Assembly: GCA_937884725.1 (NCBI GenBank)
Contig: CAKZYH010000535.1
Coordinates: 1-51,452, forward strand
Reading direction: 5' to 3'
DNA: 51,452 nucleotides
Origin: an uncultured Rhodobacteraceae bacterium
GTDB taxonomy: Bacteria > Pseudomonadota > Alphaproteobacteria > Rhizobiales > Amorphaceae
Part shown: positions 7,851 to 16,564 of the stretch, piece after piece
Numbering within the stretch: position 1 is the first letter of the stretch
How the letters are laid out: each line of letters opens with the position of its first letter
Notes under the pieces: generated by a model
Database searches by the model: none
The model's input: the letters and a program-made list of their open reading frames with translations, nothing else
What the model was told of the DNA's origin: nothing
Made by a program: the position numbers and the translations under genes

Positions 7851-8954
7851 TTAGGCGGCGCGGGCGCCGCTGACGGCTTCTGTCACGTAGGCCTGGAACT
7901 CGTGGACGTAGACTTCCAGCCAGTCGTGCAGGTAGCCGGGTTCGGCTGACGCGAAGTTGGCGCCGTCTTGGGCGCGCTCCACCATGTCTTTGTCCTCCTC
8001 CGTCGCGATTTCGATGATCTTTGTCACCTCGGCGATGAAGGCTTTCGGATCGGCTTCGCCCGCCATGGTTTCCGGCGCGAAGGAGAGGCCCCAGCGGGCG
8101 TTGGTCTTGTTGGCGGCCTTTGGCTCCAACGACATCCACCACATGAAATTGGCGTCGATGGCGGCGAGACCGTTGGGGTACAGCCCGATGACGTGGAACT
8201 TGTTGCGGTCTTCCGCCGTCAGCCGCGGGTTGTGCATCGGCGGCAAGTCTTTGGGGCGGTAGGAGTTGGAGTGGATCGAGAAGAACTCGTGGCCAGTGGG
8301 GCCTTGCTCGGCGAGCCGCGTTGGGTTGGTGGGGCCGATGGAGCCCTTGTGCGCGTAGGTGGTGTGGTAGCTTTCGATGAAGTTCTCGATGACGAACTTC
8401 CAGTTGCCGTCCCACTCTTCCTCGTGGACCACGTGGCGGTCCTGCCAGCCATCAAGACCGTAGGGTTCGACGAGTGCGGCGAGGGGGCTAAGGCGCTCTG
8501 AGACGGAGGCGAGCGATTTGTCGCGGGCGACGAAGATGAAGCCGAGATATTCTTCGCACGCGAGCTCTTCGAGATAGAGGCTTTTGGTTTCGACGTTACA
8601 GAAACCCTGGCCGTCGGGGACGCCGACGAGCTGACCGGCCGTGCTGTAGGTCCAGGAGTGATAGGGGCAGACGATGCTGCTCGCGTTGCCTGTGCCGTCG
8701 AGGAGGCGGGCATACCGGTGCAGGCAGAAGTTGGCGAAGGCCTTCAGGCTGCCGTCCTTCTGGCGCACGACCGCGATGGGGCGCAGGCCAAGCCGGGCAG
8801 TCATGTAGTCGCCGGGGTTCGGGACGCAGCCTGAGCGGCCGATGGTGATCCAGCCTTTGTCGAACAGCTCTGTTTGTTCGGCGGTGAAGATCTCAGGATC
8901 GGTGTAGTCGCTCTGCAAGGTGGCGCGCAGGCGGTGTTTTTGACGTTCGAGCAT
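7851..8954 (-). CDS. Rieske non-heme iron oxygenase alpha subunit (choline/carnitine monooxygenase or N-demethylase-like)
   Basis: Rieske ligands CLHR..CPYH, NWKFVIENFIESYH...H, EED; start re-assigned to MLERQKH with GGAG RBS. Confidence 0.9.
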   Translation of the reverse strand: MLERQKHRLRATLQSDYTDPEIFTAEQTELFDKGWITIGRSGCVPNPGDYMTARLGLRPIAVVRQKDGSLKAFANFCLHRYARLLDGTGNASSIVCPYHSWTYSTAGQLVGVPDGQGFCNVETKSLYLEELACEEYLGFIFVARDKSLASVSERLSPLAALVEPYGLDGWQDRHVVHEEEWDGNWKFVIENFIESYHTTYAHKGSIGPTNPTRLAEQGPTGHEFFSIHSNSYRPKDLPPMHNPRLTAEDRNKFHVIGLYPNGLAAIDANFMWWMSLEPKAANKTNARWGLSFAPETMAGEADPKAFIAEVTKIIEIATEEDKDMVERAQDGANFASAEPGYLHDWLEVYVHEFQAYVTEAVSGARAA

Positions 8955-9033
8955 GGCGAGATCTCCATCAGGCGATCTCGGACATTTAATTGGAACAACA
9001 CCAAGGTGATGATGAAATTGCGCGCAGGGCCGC

Positions 9034-9693
9034 TTAATTTTGCGGCTTATTGCTTTGGCGCGCAGGCCGGCCTGCCGTTGGGAAGGTTTTTGTTGGCTCG
9101 TACGTCGCGAAGCTTGTGAGGGTTTGTGCGTCGCACTCGCGCTGCCAGCGGGAGGTTTGGGTGACCGCTGTGGCGACGCGGTAGGCGGCCCGGTAGCGCA
9201 AGGTTTGGGCGTTGGTTTCCATGGCGATGGTTGCCATGGCCGTGACGATGCCGCCTTGGCGCTCCAGGAGGCGGATGGCGCCGTCCATGGTGCCGCCGGT
9301 TTCCACCCACTGGTCGGCGAGGAGGACGCGGGTTCCGGGTGGAAAGGCTGGCGTGCGCATTTCCATGTCTTGGGTGCGGCCACTGTAGTTACTGAACGAA
9401 ACCTTGTCGGTGTCGACGCACAATTTGCCGGCCTTGCGGATGGGCAAGAAGCCCTTTCCGAGGCGCGCTGCGAGGGCGGCGCCGAGCACAAAGCCCATAG
9501 CGTCGAGGCCGGCGACGACGTCGATCTCGGCTGGGTCGAGGTCGGCGGTGAGGTCGTCGAGGAGGTCGTCGAACGCGGCGGCGTTGATATAGATGGACGT
9601 TGGATCCAGCCAGGCGAATTCTGCGCCCTTGGTGTTGGGCGACATGAGGGCGAGGTACCAGCGGTCGTCGCGTGGGCCTTTGGGGTCTGTCAC
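9034..9693 (-). CDS. Adenine phosphoribosyltransferase-like type I PRTase (atypical DQ motif)
   Basis: VVAGLDAMGF, IRKAGKL, PRPP loop VLLADQWVETGGT; GTG start overlaps the BtpA stop (GTGA). Confidence 0.85.
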   Translation of the reverse strand: MTDPKGPRDDRWYLALMSPNTKGAEFAWLDPTSIYINAAAFDDLLDDLTADLDPAEIDVVAGLDAMGFVLGAALAARLGKGFLPIRKAGKLCVDTDKVSFSNYSGRTQDMEMRTPAFPPGTRVLLADQWVETGGTMDGAIRLLERQGGIVTAMATIAMETNAQTLRYRAAYRVATAVTQTSRWQRECDAQTLTSFATYEPTKTFPTAGRPARQSNKPQN

Positions 9694-10421
9694 GGCGTTT
9701 CGATGGCGGCGTTGAGGGCGGCGAGGCGGGTAGGGTCGATCTCGTAAAAGTCGCCGGCGAAGTTGATCCCGGTGGCGACGAGGATGCAATCCAGCAGCGG
9801 CGCGAAGTCCTTCGCGTTCTGAGGCGTGATGCCGGATGCGACGGCGAGCGGGGTTGATGGCAGAGCGTTGCGGAAGGTTTGGATTTTTGCGGTGTCGGCG
9901 GCCTCGCCGGTCGCGCGGCCGGATGTGGTGACGACGTCCATGAAGGGTGCGGCGCGGCGGGCGGCGGTGGCGAAATCGGCGGGGTCGATGGGGCGCTGCT
10001 TTTTGAAGGCGACGCCGGCGAAGTAGAGGCCCTGCCAGCCACTCTCGCGGCGGGTGCGGGCGATCTCCTCGGCCTCGGGTTGAGCCTCGGTGCGCTCATC
10101 AACGCGCGCGTCATCGGCCCAGAAGGCGTAGAAGGGGGCGCCTTCTGCGGCGAGTTCGGCGAGGACAGGGAAGGCGCTGGCGCCGGACTGGGCGAGGAAG
10201 TTGACGCCGAGCCAAGGGGTGGGGCGGGCCGCGCGGATATCGCGCAGGATCGGCACAAAGTCGGCCATCGGGAAATCGTGGTTGATGAGGAAGATGCCAT
10301 GGCAGCCGGCGGTGGTGGCCTTGTCGATGTTGCGCACCGCCTGCTCTGCGTTTTGCACGTGAATGACGGGCGTGATCAGCGGGCGGGGGGCGGTGCGCAA
10401 AAGGTCAAGAGTGATCGTCAA
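9690..10421 (-). CDS. BtpA/SgcQ family TIM-barrel protein
   Basis: PVIHV, GIFLINH, WLGVNFL, GVAFKKQ, VVTTSGRATG, AVASGITPQN, ILVATG; TTG start uncertain. Confidence 0.78.
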   Translation of the reverse strand: MTITLDLLRTAPRPLITPVIHVQNAEQAVRNIDKATTAGCHGIFLINHDFPMADFVPILRDIRAARPTPWLGVNFLAQSGASAFPVLAELAAEGAPFYAFWADDARVDERTEAQPEAEEIARTRRESGWQGLYFAGVAFKKQRPIDPADFATAARRAAPFMDVVTTSGRATGEAADTAKIQTFRNALPSTPLAVASGITPQNAKDFAPLLDCILVATGINFAGDFYEIDPTRLAALNAAIETP

Positions 10422-10581
10422 TGGCTTGCTCGCGCTCTGGTGGCTGTTGGCCCAGCGCTTGCCTCCAAAGCGCAATGATTGCAACGGCGTTTGACGGCGC
10501 CGGGCGCTGCTGTGACGGTGATTTCCGCGCCGCGCGGCCAGCGCTAGACAGTGCACATAGATGAAAGAGCGAGGATCAGAG

Positions 10582-11703
10582 TTGACCCACACCAAATTCA
10601 CGCGCCGGACACTGCTCGCGGGGACGGCCGGCGTTGCGCTTGCGGCGCCGATGATCAACCGCGCCTGGGCACAGGACCCTGTCGAGATCAACATGCTCGC
10701 CTGGTACGGCCACGCCGAGCCGGACATGGTGGAAGAGTTCGAGGCGGAGAATAACGTCAAGTTCGTGCCGAAATATTATGCCGGCGGCGACAACATGTTG
10801 GCGCTGATCGCGCAGTCGCCGGTGGGCACCTACGACGTCATTCTGTCGGACGCTGAGTTTGTGCAGCAGCTGAATGCGGCCGGCTACATCGAGCCGATGG
10901 ACTCCTCGCTGTTCCCGTTCGATGACTTTTGGCCTGAGTACCAGAACTTTCCGGGGCACTGGACGGGCGATCAGCTGTGGTCGGTGATGGTGCGCTTTGG
11001 TCTGCTCGGCGTAGCGTACAACACCGATGCGCTGACCCGCGATGAGGCGATGAGCTACAACGCTTATTGGAACGACAAGGTGGCCGGCAAAGTGGGCCAC
11101 TTTGATTGGCACCTGCCGAGCCTTGGGCAGATGTCGCTGCTGAATGGCAACCGCAGTCCCTCGCCGTACGACATTGACGAAGCGGCCTGGAAGGCGGTGC
11201 AGGAGAAGACGCTGACGCTGAAGCCGCAGGTGGGCGGATACTTCGACTATGGCGGCACGTTTGCCTCGCTGAAGAATGGCGAGATGCTGGCGATGGCTGG
11301 GATTGGCGACTGGATCACCGCGGTGCTGCGCAAGGACGGCGCGCCGGTGGACAGCGTTATTCCTGAAGAGGGCGGCATTCAGTGGACCGAGAGCTATTCC
11401 ATCGGGAAGGGCTCCACGAAGGCTGAGCTCGTGAACAAGTTCATCCAATACATGCTGAGCCCGCGCGGCCAGGTGCGCTCCATTCAGATGGCGGCCTATC
11501 CGGGTCTGTCGCCCACCAAGTCTGGCTGGAAGGCGATCCAGGAGGCGAACCCTGCGGAGGCGGAGCGCTCCGGGTTGATCGAGGGCGCCGAGCAAAGCCC
11601 GATCAAGCTGTTGTCGGAAAACCGGGTGTTCCTGCGCGATATTCCGCGTCAGCAGTCGTTGGAAGACTGGAACGACTTCTGGTCGGAATACAAAACGGCC
11701 TAA
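10582..11703 (+). CDS. Polyamine-type (PotD/PotF-like) ABC substrate-binding protein with Tat signal
   Basis: TRRTLL twin-arginine signal, EEFEAENNVK, YDVILSD, IPEEGG..W; TTG start after GAGGA RBS (alternative ATG 10561). Confidence 0.85.
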   Translation: MTHTKFTRRTLLAGTAGVALAAPMINRAWAQDPVEINMLAWYGHAEPDMVEEFEAENNVKFVPKYYAGGDNMLALIAQSPVGTYDVILSDAEFVQQLNAAGYIEPMDSSLFPFDDFWPEYQNFPGHWTGDQLWSVMVRFGLLGVAYNTDALTRDEAMSYNAYWNDKVAGKVGHFDWHLPSLGQMSLLNGNRSPSPYDIDEAAWKAVQEKTLTLKPQVGGYFDYGGTFASLKNGEMLAMAGIGDWITAVLRKDGAPVDSVIPEEGGIQWTESYSIGKGSTKAELVNKFIQYMLSPRGQVRSIQMAAYPGLSPTKSGWKAIQEANPAEAERSGLIEGAEQSPIKLLSENRVFLRDIPRQQSLEDWNDFWSEYKTA

Positions 11704-11760
11704 TTGATCGCCGCGCAGGGATTCGGCGCGGCGTCCCTTTGCGGAGTATTGCTGCAGCTT

Positions 11761-12600
11761 ATGCGCATTGACGGCTACCGATACACCTGGCGTTTGCCGC
11801 TGATTGTTTGGCAGGCGCTGTTCTTTATCGGGCCGCTGATGCTGATGGTCGCGATGTCGTTTTGGCTTGTGCGCAACTACCGCATGACGCCGGACTTCGT
11901 GTTCGACAACTGGGACAGGATGATGTCCCGAAGCTTTTTCTGGGACGCCTATGAAGTGACTTTGGTCCGCGCATGTGTGGCGGCGGTGCTGGCGACGTTG
12001 ATTGCGTTTCCGGCGTCCTATGCACTGGCATTTAAGGTGTCTGATACTGTGCGGCGATGGGCGATCTTCTTGCTCGTTGTGCCGTTTTTTACGTCGTACT
12101 TGGTGCGTATCTATGCCTGGCAGGTGCTGCTTGCTGAAAGTGGGCCGATCAATGCTGTGCTGGGGTTCGGCGGGATCGGGCCGTTCTCGATGCTGAATTC
12201 GGGCTTTGGCACCATGGTCGGCTACATGACGCTGGTGCTGCCGCTGGTGATCATCTTGCAGACGACGAGCCTTGCGGGGATCGACCGGAACCTCATTGAA
12301 GCGGCGTGGAACCTTGGGGCGAGCCCTGTGCGCACGCTGTTTCGGGTGATTATTCCGGCGGCGAAGGTGGGGCTCATTATTGGCGCGGTGTTCGCGTTTA
12401 TCCTGTCGTTTGGTGACTTTGTGAGCCCGTTTTATTTGGGTGGATCCAAACCGCCGACGCTCTCGATCCTGATCATCGATACGACCAAGTCTGGGCAGCA
12501 GTGGCCGCTGGCTGCGGTGGTGGCGATCATGATGATCGTGACGCTGTTTGTGGTGGCGGTTGCGGCCGTCGGTGCGGCGTACGGGCGGCGCAGAAGCTGA
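11761..12600 (+). CDS. Polyamine-type ABC transporter permease (PotB-like)
   Basis: PFFTSYLVRIYAW, IDRNLIEAAWNLGAS, FILSFGDF. Confidence 0.88.
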   Translation: MRIDGYRYTWRLPLIVWQALFFIGPLMLMVAMSFWLVRNYRMTPDFVFDNWDRMMSRSFFWDAYEVTLVRACVAAVLATLIAFPASYALAFKVSDTVRRWAIFLLVVPFFTSYLVRIYAWQVLLAESGPINAVLGFGGIGPFSMLNSGFGTMVGYMTLVLPLVIILQTTSLAGIDRNLIEAAWNLGASPVRTLFRVIIPAAKVGLIIGAVFAFILSFGDFVSPFYLGGSKPPTLSILIIDTTKSGQQWPLAAVVAIMMIVTLFVVAVAAVGAAYGRRRS

Positions 12601-13378
12601 TGGCGCGGGCAGGGGCGGCGTCTTGCTTTATCTTGCCATCGTGTTTGCATTCGTGTTCGCGCCGATCATCACGAGCATGATTTTCTCGTTCAACTCGGAC
12701 CGGTTTCCGACCGTGCCGCTCGGCGAGTTCACCACCCATTGGTATGAGACCGCGTTTTCCCGGCCCGAGGTGTGGGAGGCGATGCAAAACTCGCTGATCG
12801 TGGCGCTGACGGCGGCGACGCTGTCGACCGCGCTCGGATTTGCGACGGCCTACACCGACTATCGCTACAACTTCCGTTTCAAGAGCGCGTACATCGCGCT
12901 GGCATTGCTGCCGCCAACGATACCGCTGGTGATCATGGGGCTTGCGATGCTCGCCTGGCTCGCGCGGCTTGGGATTTCGGGAACGCTGACGGGGATCATT
13001 ATTGCGCACACCGTGATGGCGGCGCCGTTCGCGATGGCGATCTGCCGGCTGCGTTTGTCGCAGATGGATCCGGCCCTGGAGGCTGCGGCGTGGAACCTTG
13101 GCGCGTCGCAGTGGCGGGCGATGCGCTCTGTTGTGGTGCCGTTTTGCTTGCCGGCGATTGTCTCGGCGTTCTGCCTCACCGCGGCGGTGAGCTTTGATGA
13201 GTTCGTGGTGGCTTGGTTCGTGTCTGGCCTCAACAAGACTGTGCCGGTGGTCATTCTGGAAATCTTGCAGGGCAATGTGGATCCGCAGATCAATGCGATT
13301 GGGACCTTTGTGTTTTTGACGTCGATGACGCTGGTTGTCGTGGCGCAGCTCCTCATTACGCGGCGAAGAAAGGCTTGA
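12572..13378 (+). CDS. Polyamine-type ABC transporter permease (PotC-like); start uncertain
   Basis: IFSFN, TTHWY, MDPALEAAAWNLGAS, SFDEF, PQINAI. Confidence 0.85.
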   Translation: MRRTGGAEADGAGRGGVLLYLAIVFAFVFAPIITSMIFSFNSDRFPTVPLGEFTTHWYETAFSRPEVWEAMQNSLIVALTAATLSTALGFATAYTDYRYNFRFKSAYIALALLPPTIPLVIMGLAMLAWLARLGISGTLTGIIIAHTVMAAPFAMAICRLRLSQMDPALEAAAWNLGASQWRAMRSVVVPFCLPAIVSAFCLTAAVSFDEFVVAWFVSGLNKTVPVVILEILQGNVDPQINAIGTFVFLTSMTLVVVAQLLITRRRKA

Positions 13379-13380
13379 GC

Positions 13381-14436
13381 GTGGCGGAACCTTTGGTTCG
13401 GCTGACGGACCTTAAGAAATCCTACGGCAACTTCGAGGCGGTGAAGGGCATCGACCTTGAGATTGCGGCCGGTGAGTTCATCGCGATCATGGGGCCGTCG
13501 GGCTGCGGGAAGACGACGACGCTCAGAATGCTCGCGGGGCTTGAGGCGCCGAGCGGCGGGGAGATTTTCATCGGCGGCGAGCGGATGAACGATGTGCCGG
13601 CGCACGAGCGCGATACACCGATGGTGTGGCAAAGCCTGGCGCTGTTTCCGTTCTTGAGCGTGCGGGAGAACGTTGAGTTTGGGCTGAAGATGCGCGGCCT
13701 GCCTAAGCGGGAGCGGCGGGAACGCGTGGCGGTGTGGCTCGAGCGGCTGGGGCTTGAGGGGTTTGAAAAGCGGCGCGTCGATGCGCTCTCAGGGGGGCAG
13801 CGGCAGAGGGTGGCGCTGGCGCGTTCGCTGGTGACTGAGCCCAAGATGCTGTTTTTGGATGAACCGCTGTCGGCGCTTGATGCGCACCTCGTGATCCGCA
13901 TGCAGGGCGTTTTGTCCAAGCTGCAAAAGGACCTTGGGATCACGTTTGTTTACGTGACGCACTCACAGTCTGAGGCGTTTGCCATGGCCGACCGGGTGGT
14001 CATCATGGGGCATGGCGAGATTGTTCAAACCGGCCGGCCGAAGGACATCTTTCGCGCGCCGCGAAACCGGTTTGTGGCGGAGTTTGTGGGGCGGAACAAC
14101 ATCTTTGCCGGCACCGTGGCGGGTGGTGTGATCAACGTGGATGGCACGCAGCTGCCGTTGCCCGGGGCGGCGGATGGACCCGCCGAGATCGTGGTCGCCG
14201 CAGACCGGATGACGGTGAGTTTGGAGCGGCCCAATACAGCGGCGCTTGAAGCTGAGTTCGTGTCGGAGGAGTTCGTGGGCACCGCGATCATTTGTTACTT
14301 CGAGGGACCGGGCGGGGAGGAACTGAAAGCCCAGGTGACTGAGCGCGAGCTTGAGCTTCTCGCCCCCGAGCCTGGCAAACACTTCTTCCTCAGTTGGGAG
14401 CCGGATGCGCCGCATGTCATGGCGGTGACGAGCTGA
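13381..14436 (+). CDS. Polyamine-type ABC transporter ATP-binding protein (PotA-like)
   Basis: [26 protein letters not shown]-terminal TOBE-like region; GTG start. Confidence 0.9.
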   Translation: MAEPLVRLTDLKKSYGNFEAVKGIDLEIAAGEFIAIMGPSGCGKTTTLRMLAGLEAPSGGEIFIGGERMNDVPAHERDTPMVWQSLALFPFLSVRENVEFGLKMRGLPKRERRERVAVWLERLGLEGFEKRRVDALSGGQRQRVALARSLVTEPKMLFLDEPLSALDAHLVIRMQGVLSKLQKDLGITFVYVTHSQSEAFAMADRVVIMGHGEIVQTGRPKDIFRAPRNRFVAEFVGRNNIFAGTVAGGVINVDGTQLPLPGAADGPAEIVVAADRMTVSLERPNTAALEAEFVSEEFVGTAIICYFEGPGGEELKAQVTERELELLAPEPGKHFFLSWEPDAPHVMAVTS

Positions 14437-15677
14437 TGGCTTTCGACATCATCGTTAAAGGCGGGGTCATGCCGGACGGGACCCGGGCCGACATCGCGAT
14501 CAAGGATGGGGTCATCGCTGCTGTGGATCGCGACATTGCGGCTGAGGCGGCAGAGGTGATCGACGCGGCCGGGAAGCTTGTGAGCCCGCCATTTGTGGAC
14601 GGTCATTTCCACATGGACGCGACGCTCAGCTACGGGCGCCCGCGCGTGAACGCCTCAGGCACGCTGCTGGAGGGCATCGCGTTGTGGGGTGAGCTGAAGC
14701 GCATCCAGACGCGCGATGAGATTGTCGCCCGCGCGCTCGATTATTGTCACATGGCGGTCGGGAACGGGATTCTTGCGATCCGCAGCCATGTGGATGTCAC
14801 CGATCCGACCTTCGCCACAGTGGAAGCACTGCTGGAAGTGCGGGAGCGGGTGAGGGGCACGCTCGACCTTCAACTCGTCGCGTTTCCGCAGGACGGATGG
14901 TACCGCGCTGCGGGCGGAGAGGCTGGGGTCATCCGAGCGCTCGACGCAGGCGTTGATGTGGTGGGCGGCATTCCGCACCACGAGCGGACCATGGCCGATG
15001 GCGCACAATCGGTTCGCGCCGCGTGCCGGATCGCGGCGGACCGCGGTCTGATGGTGGACCTGCACTGTGACGAGACGGACGACCCGTCGAGCCGCCATAT
15101 CGAGACGCTGGTGACTGAGACCGTGAATTGCGGCCTGGAGGGACGCACTGTCGGCTCGCACCTCACATCAATGCACTCGATGGACAACAACTACGCCTCA
15201 AAGCTTACAGCGTTGATTGCCGAGGCGGAGGTTGCGGCCATCCCCAACCCGCTCGTCAACATCACCCTCCAGGGCCGGCACGACACCTACCCGAAGCGCC
15301 GTGGTCTGACGCGCGTGCCGGAGCTGCGTGCAGCTGGCGTGACTGTCGCGTTTGGCCAAGACTGTATCCAGGACCCCTGGTACTCGCTGGGGACCGGCGA
15401 CATGCTGGACGCCGCCCATATGGGCCTTCATGTGGCCCACATGACCGATCCCGCCGGGATGCGTGACGCCTTTGACATGGTCACAGCGACGCCGGCGCAG
15501 ATCCTGGGCCTTCAGTTTGGCCTGGAGCCCGGAAAGCGCGGCAGCCTTGTGGTGCTTGATGCGCCAGACCCCGTCTCGGCCGTGCGCGACCGGCCCGCGC
15601 GGATTGCGGTGGTGTCGGATGGGCGCGTTGTTGCCCGCACCGTTCCGGCACAAACCACAGTCATTGCCGCCTTCTAG
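14436..15677 (+). CDS. Cytosine deaminase-like amidohydrolase (CodA/creatinine deaminase family)
   Basis: HFHMD, SGTLLEGIALW, IRSHVD, AFPQDG, GGIPH, LHCDETDDP, SHLTSMHSMD, FGQDC..DPWY. Confidence 0.88.
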   Translation: MAFDIIVKGGVMPDGTRADIAIKDGVIAAVDRDIAAEAAEVIDAAGKLVSPPFVDGHFHMDATLSYGRPRVNASGTLLEGIALWGELKRIQTRDEIVARALDYCHMAVGNGILAIRSHVDVTDPTFATVEALLEVRERVRGTLDLQLVAFPQDGWYRAAGGEAGVIRALDAGVDVVGGIPHHERTMADGAQSVRAACRIAADRGLMVDLHCDETDDPSSRHIETLVTETVNCGLEGRTVGSHLTSMHSMDNNYASKLTALIAEAEVAAIPNPLVNITLQGRHDTYPKRRGLTRVPELRAAGVTVAFGQDCIQDPWYSLGTGDMLDAAHMGLHVAHMTDPAGMRDAFDMVTATPAQILGLQFGLEPGKRGSLVVLDAPDPVSAVRDRPARIAVVSDGRVVARTVPAQTTVIAAF

Positions 15678-15700
15678 CCACGCCGTTTCCTGGAGGACCC

Positions 15701-16564
15701 ATGCTGCTTCACCCGCTCACCTGGCCGGATGGCAAGCGCGTTGCCGCGTCGATCACGTTCGACATTGATGCCGATAGCCTGATCCGCAATGCGTGCCCGC
15801 AGGATGGGCATTTGCGACTGCCGCAGGTGACGCAGGGGCGGTATGGGCCGACCGTGGCGGTGCCGCGGATTTTGGAGACGTGGCGACGGTTTGGCGTTCG
15901 CCAGACCTTTTTCATTCCGGCCTGGACGATGGAGGCTTATCCCGCGACCGCTGAGGCGAGTTTGAAGGCGGGGCACGAGATCGGGCACCACTCTTGGCGG
16001 CACGAAGACCCGATGGGGCTGACGGACGAACAAGAGGGCGAGCTTTTTGAGCGCGCGCTGGAAACGCACGTGCGCATGACGGGGCGCAAGCCGCGCGGGT
16101 ATCGTGCGCCGGTGTACAACGCGACGCCTGGGGTGATTGCGCGGCTGATCGGGCATGAGTTTTTGTACGACAGCTCGCTGCAGGCCGATGAGATGCCGTA
16201 TCTGATCAAGGCGCCGCAGGGCGAGATCATTGAGCTGCCGCCGCACTGGGGGGCGGATGATTGGCCGCCGTTCGCCCACTTTGAGGAGATCGGCTACCTG
16301 ATGCCGGTGCGTGCGCCGTCCGATGGCATTCGCAACTTCATCGAAGAGTTTGAGGCCGCGCACACTCACGGCGGGTTTTATATGCCTGTGCTGCATCCGT
16401 TTCTAACCGGGCGGCTGGCGCGCTGGATGGTGATGGAGCGGTGGCTGGAGACCATCTTTGAGGCGGGCGATGTGTGGTTTGCGCCGCTGGAGGAGATCGC
16501 GGAGTTTGCCAAGGCGCGGCGCGATGAGCTGCGTGTCGACACCATCGAGGAGCCAGGCGCGTGA
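15701..16564 (+). CDS. Polysaccharide deacetylase family hydrolase (PuuE/HpPgdA-like)
   Basis: TFDID, YGPTVAVPRIL, TFFIP, GHEIGHHSWRHE, GYRAP, YDSS, DDWP, LHPF; no signal peptide. Confidence 0.85.
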   Translation: MLLHPLTWPDGKRVAASITFDIDADSLIRNACPQDGHLRLPQVTQGRYGPTVAVPRILETWRRFGVRQTFFIPAWTMEAYPATAEASLKAGHEIGHHSWRHEDPMGLTDEQEGELFERALETHVRMTGRKPRGYRAPVYNATPGVIARLIGHEFLYDSSLQADEMPYLIKAPQGEIIELPPHWGADDWPPFAHFEEIGYLMPVRAPSDGIRNFIEEFEAAHTHGGFYMPVLHPFLTGRLARWMVMERWLETIFEAGDVWFAPLEEIAEFAKARRDELRVDTIEEPGA

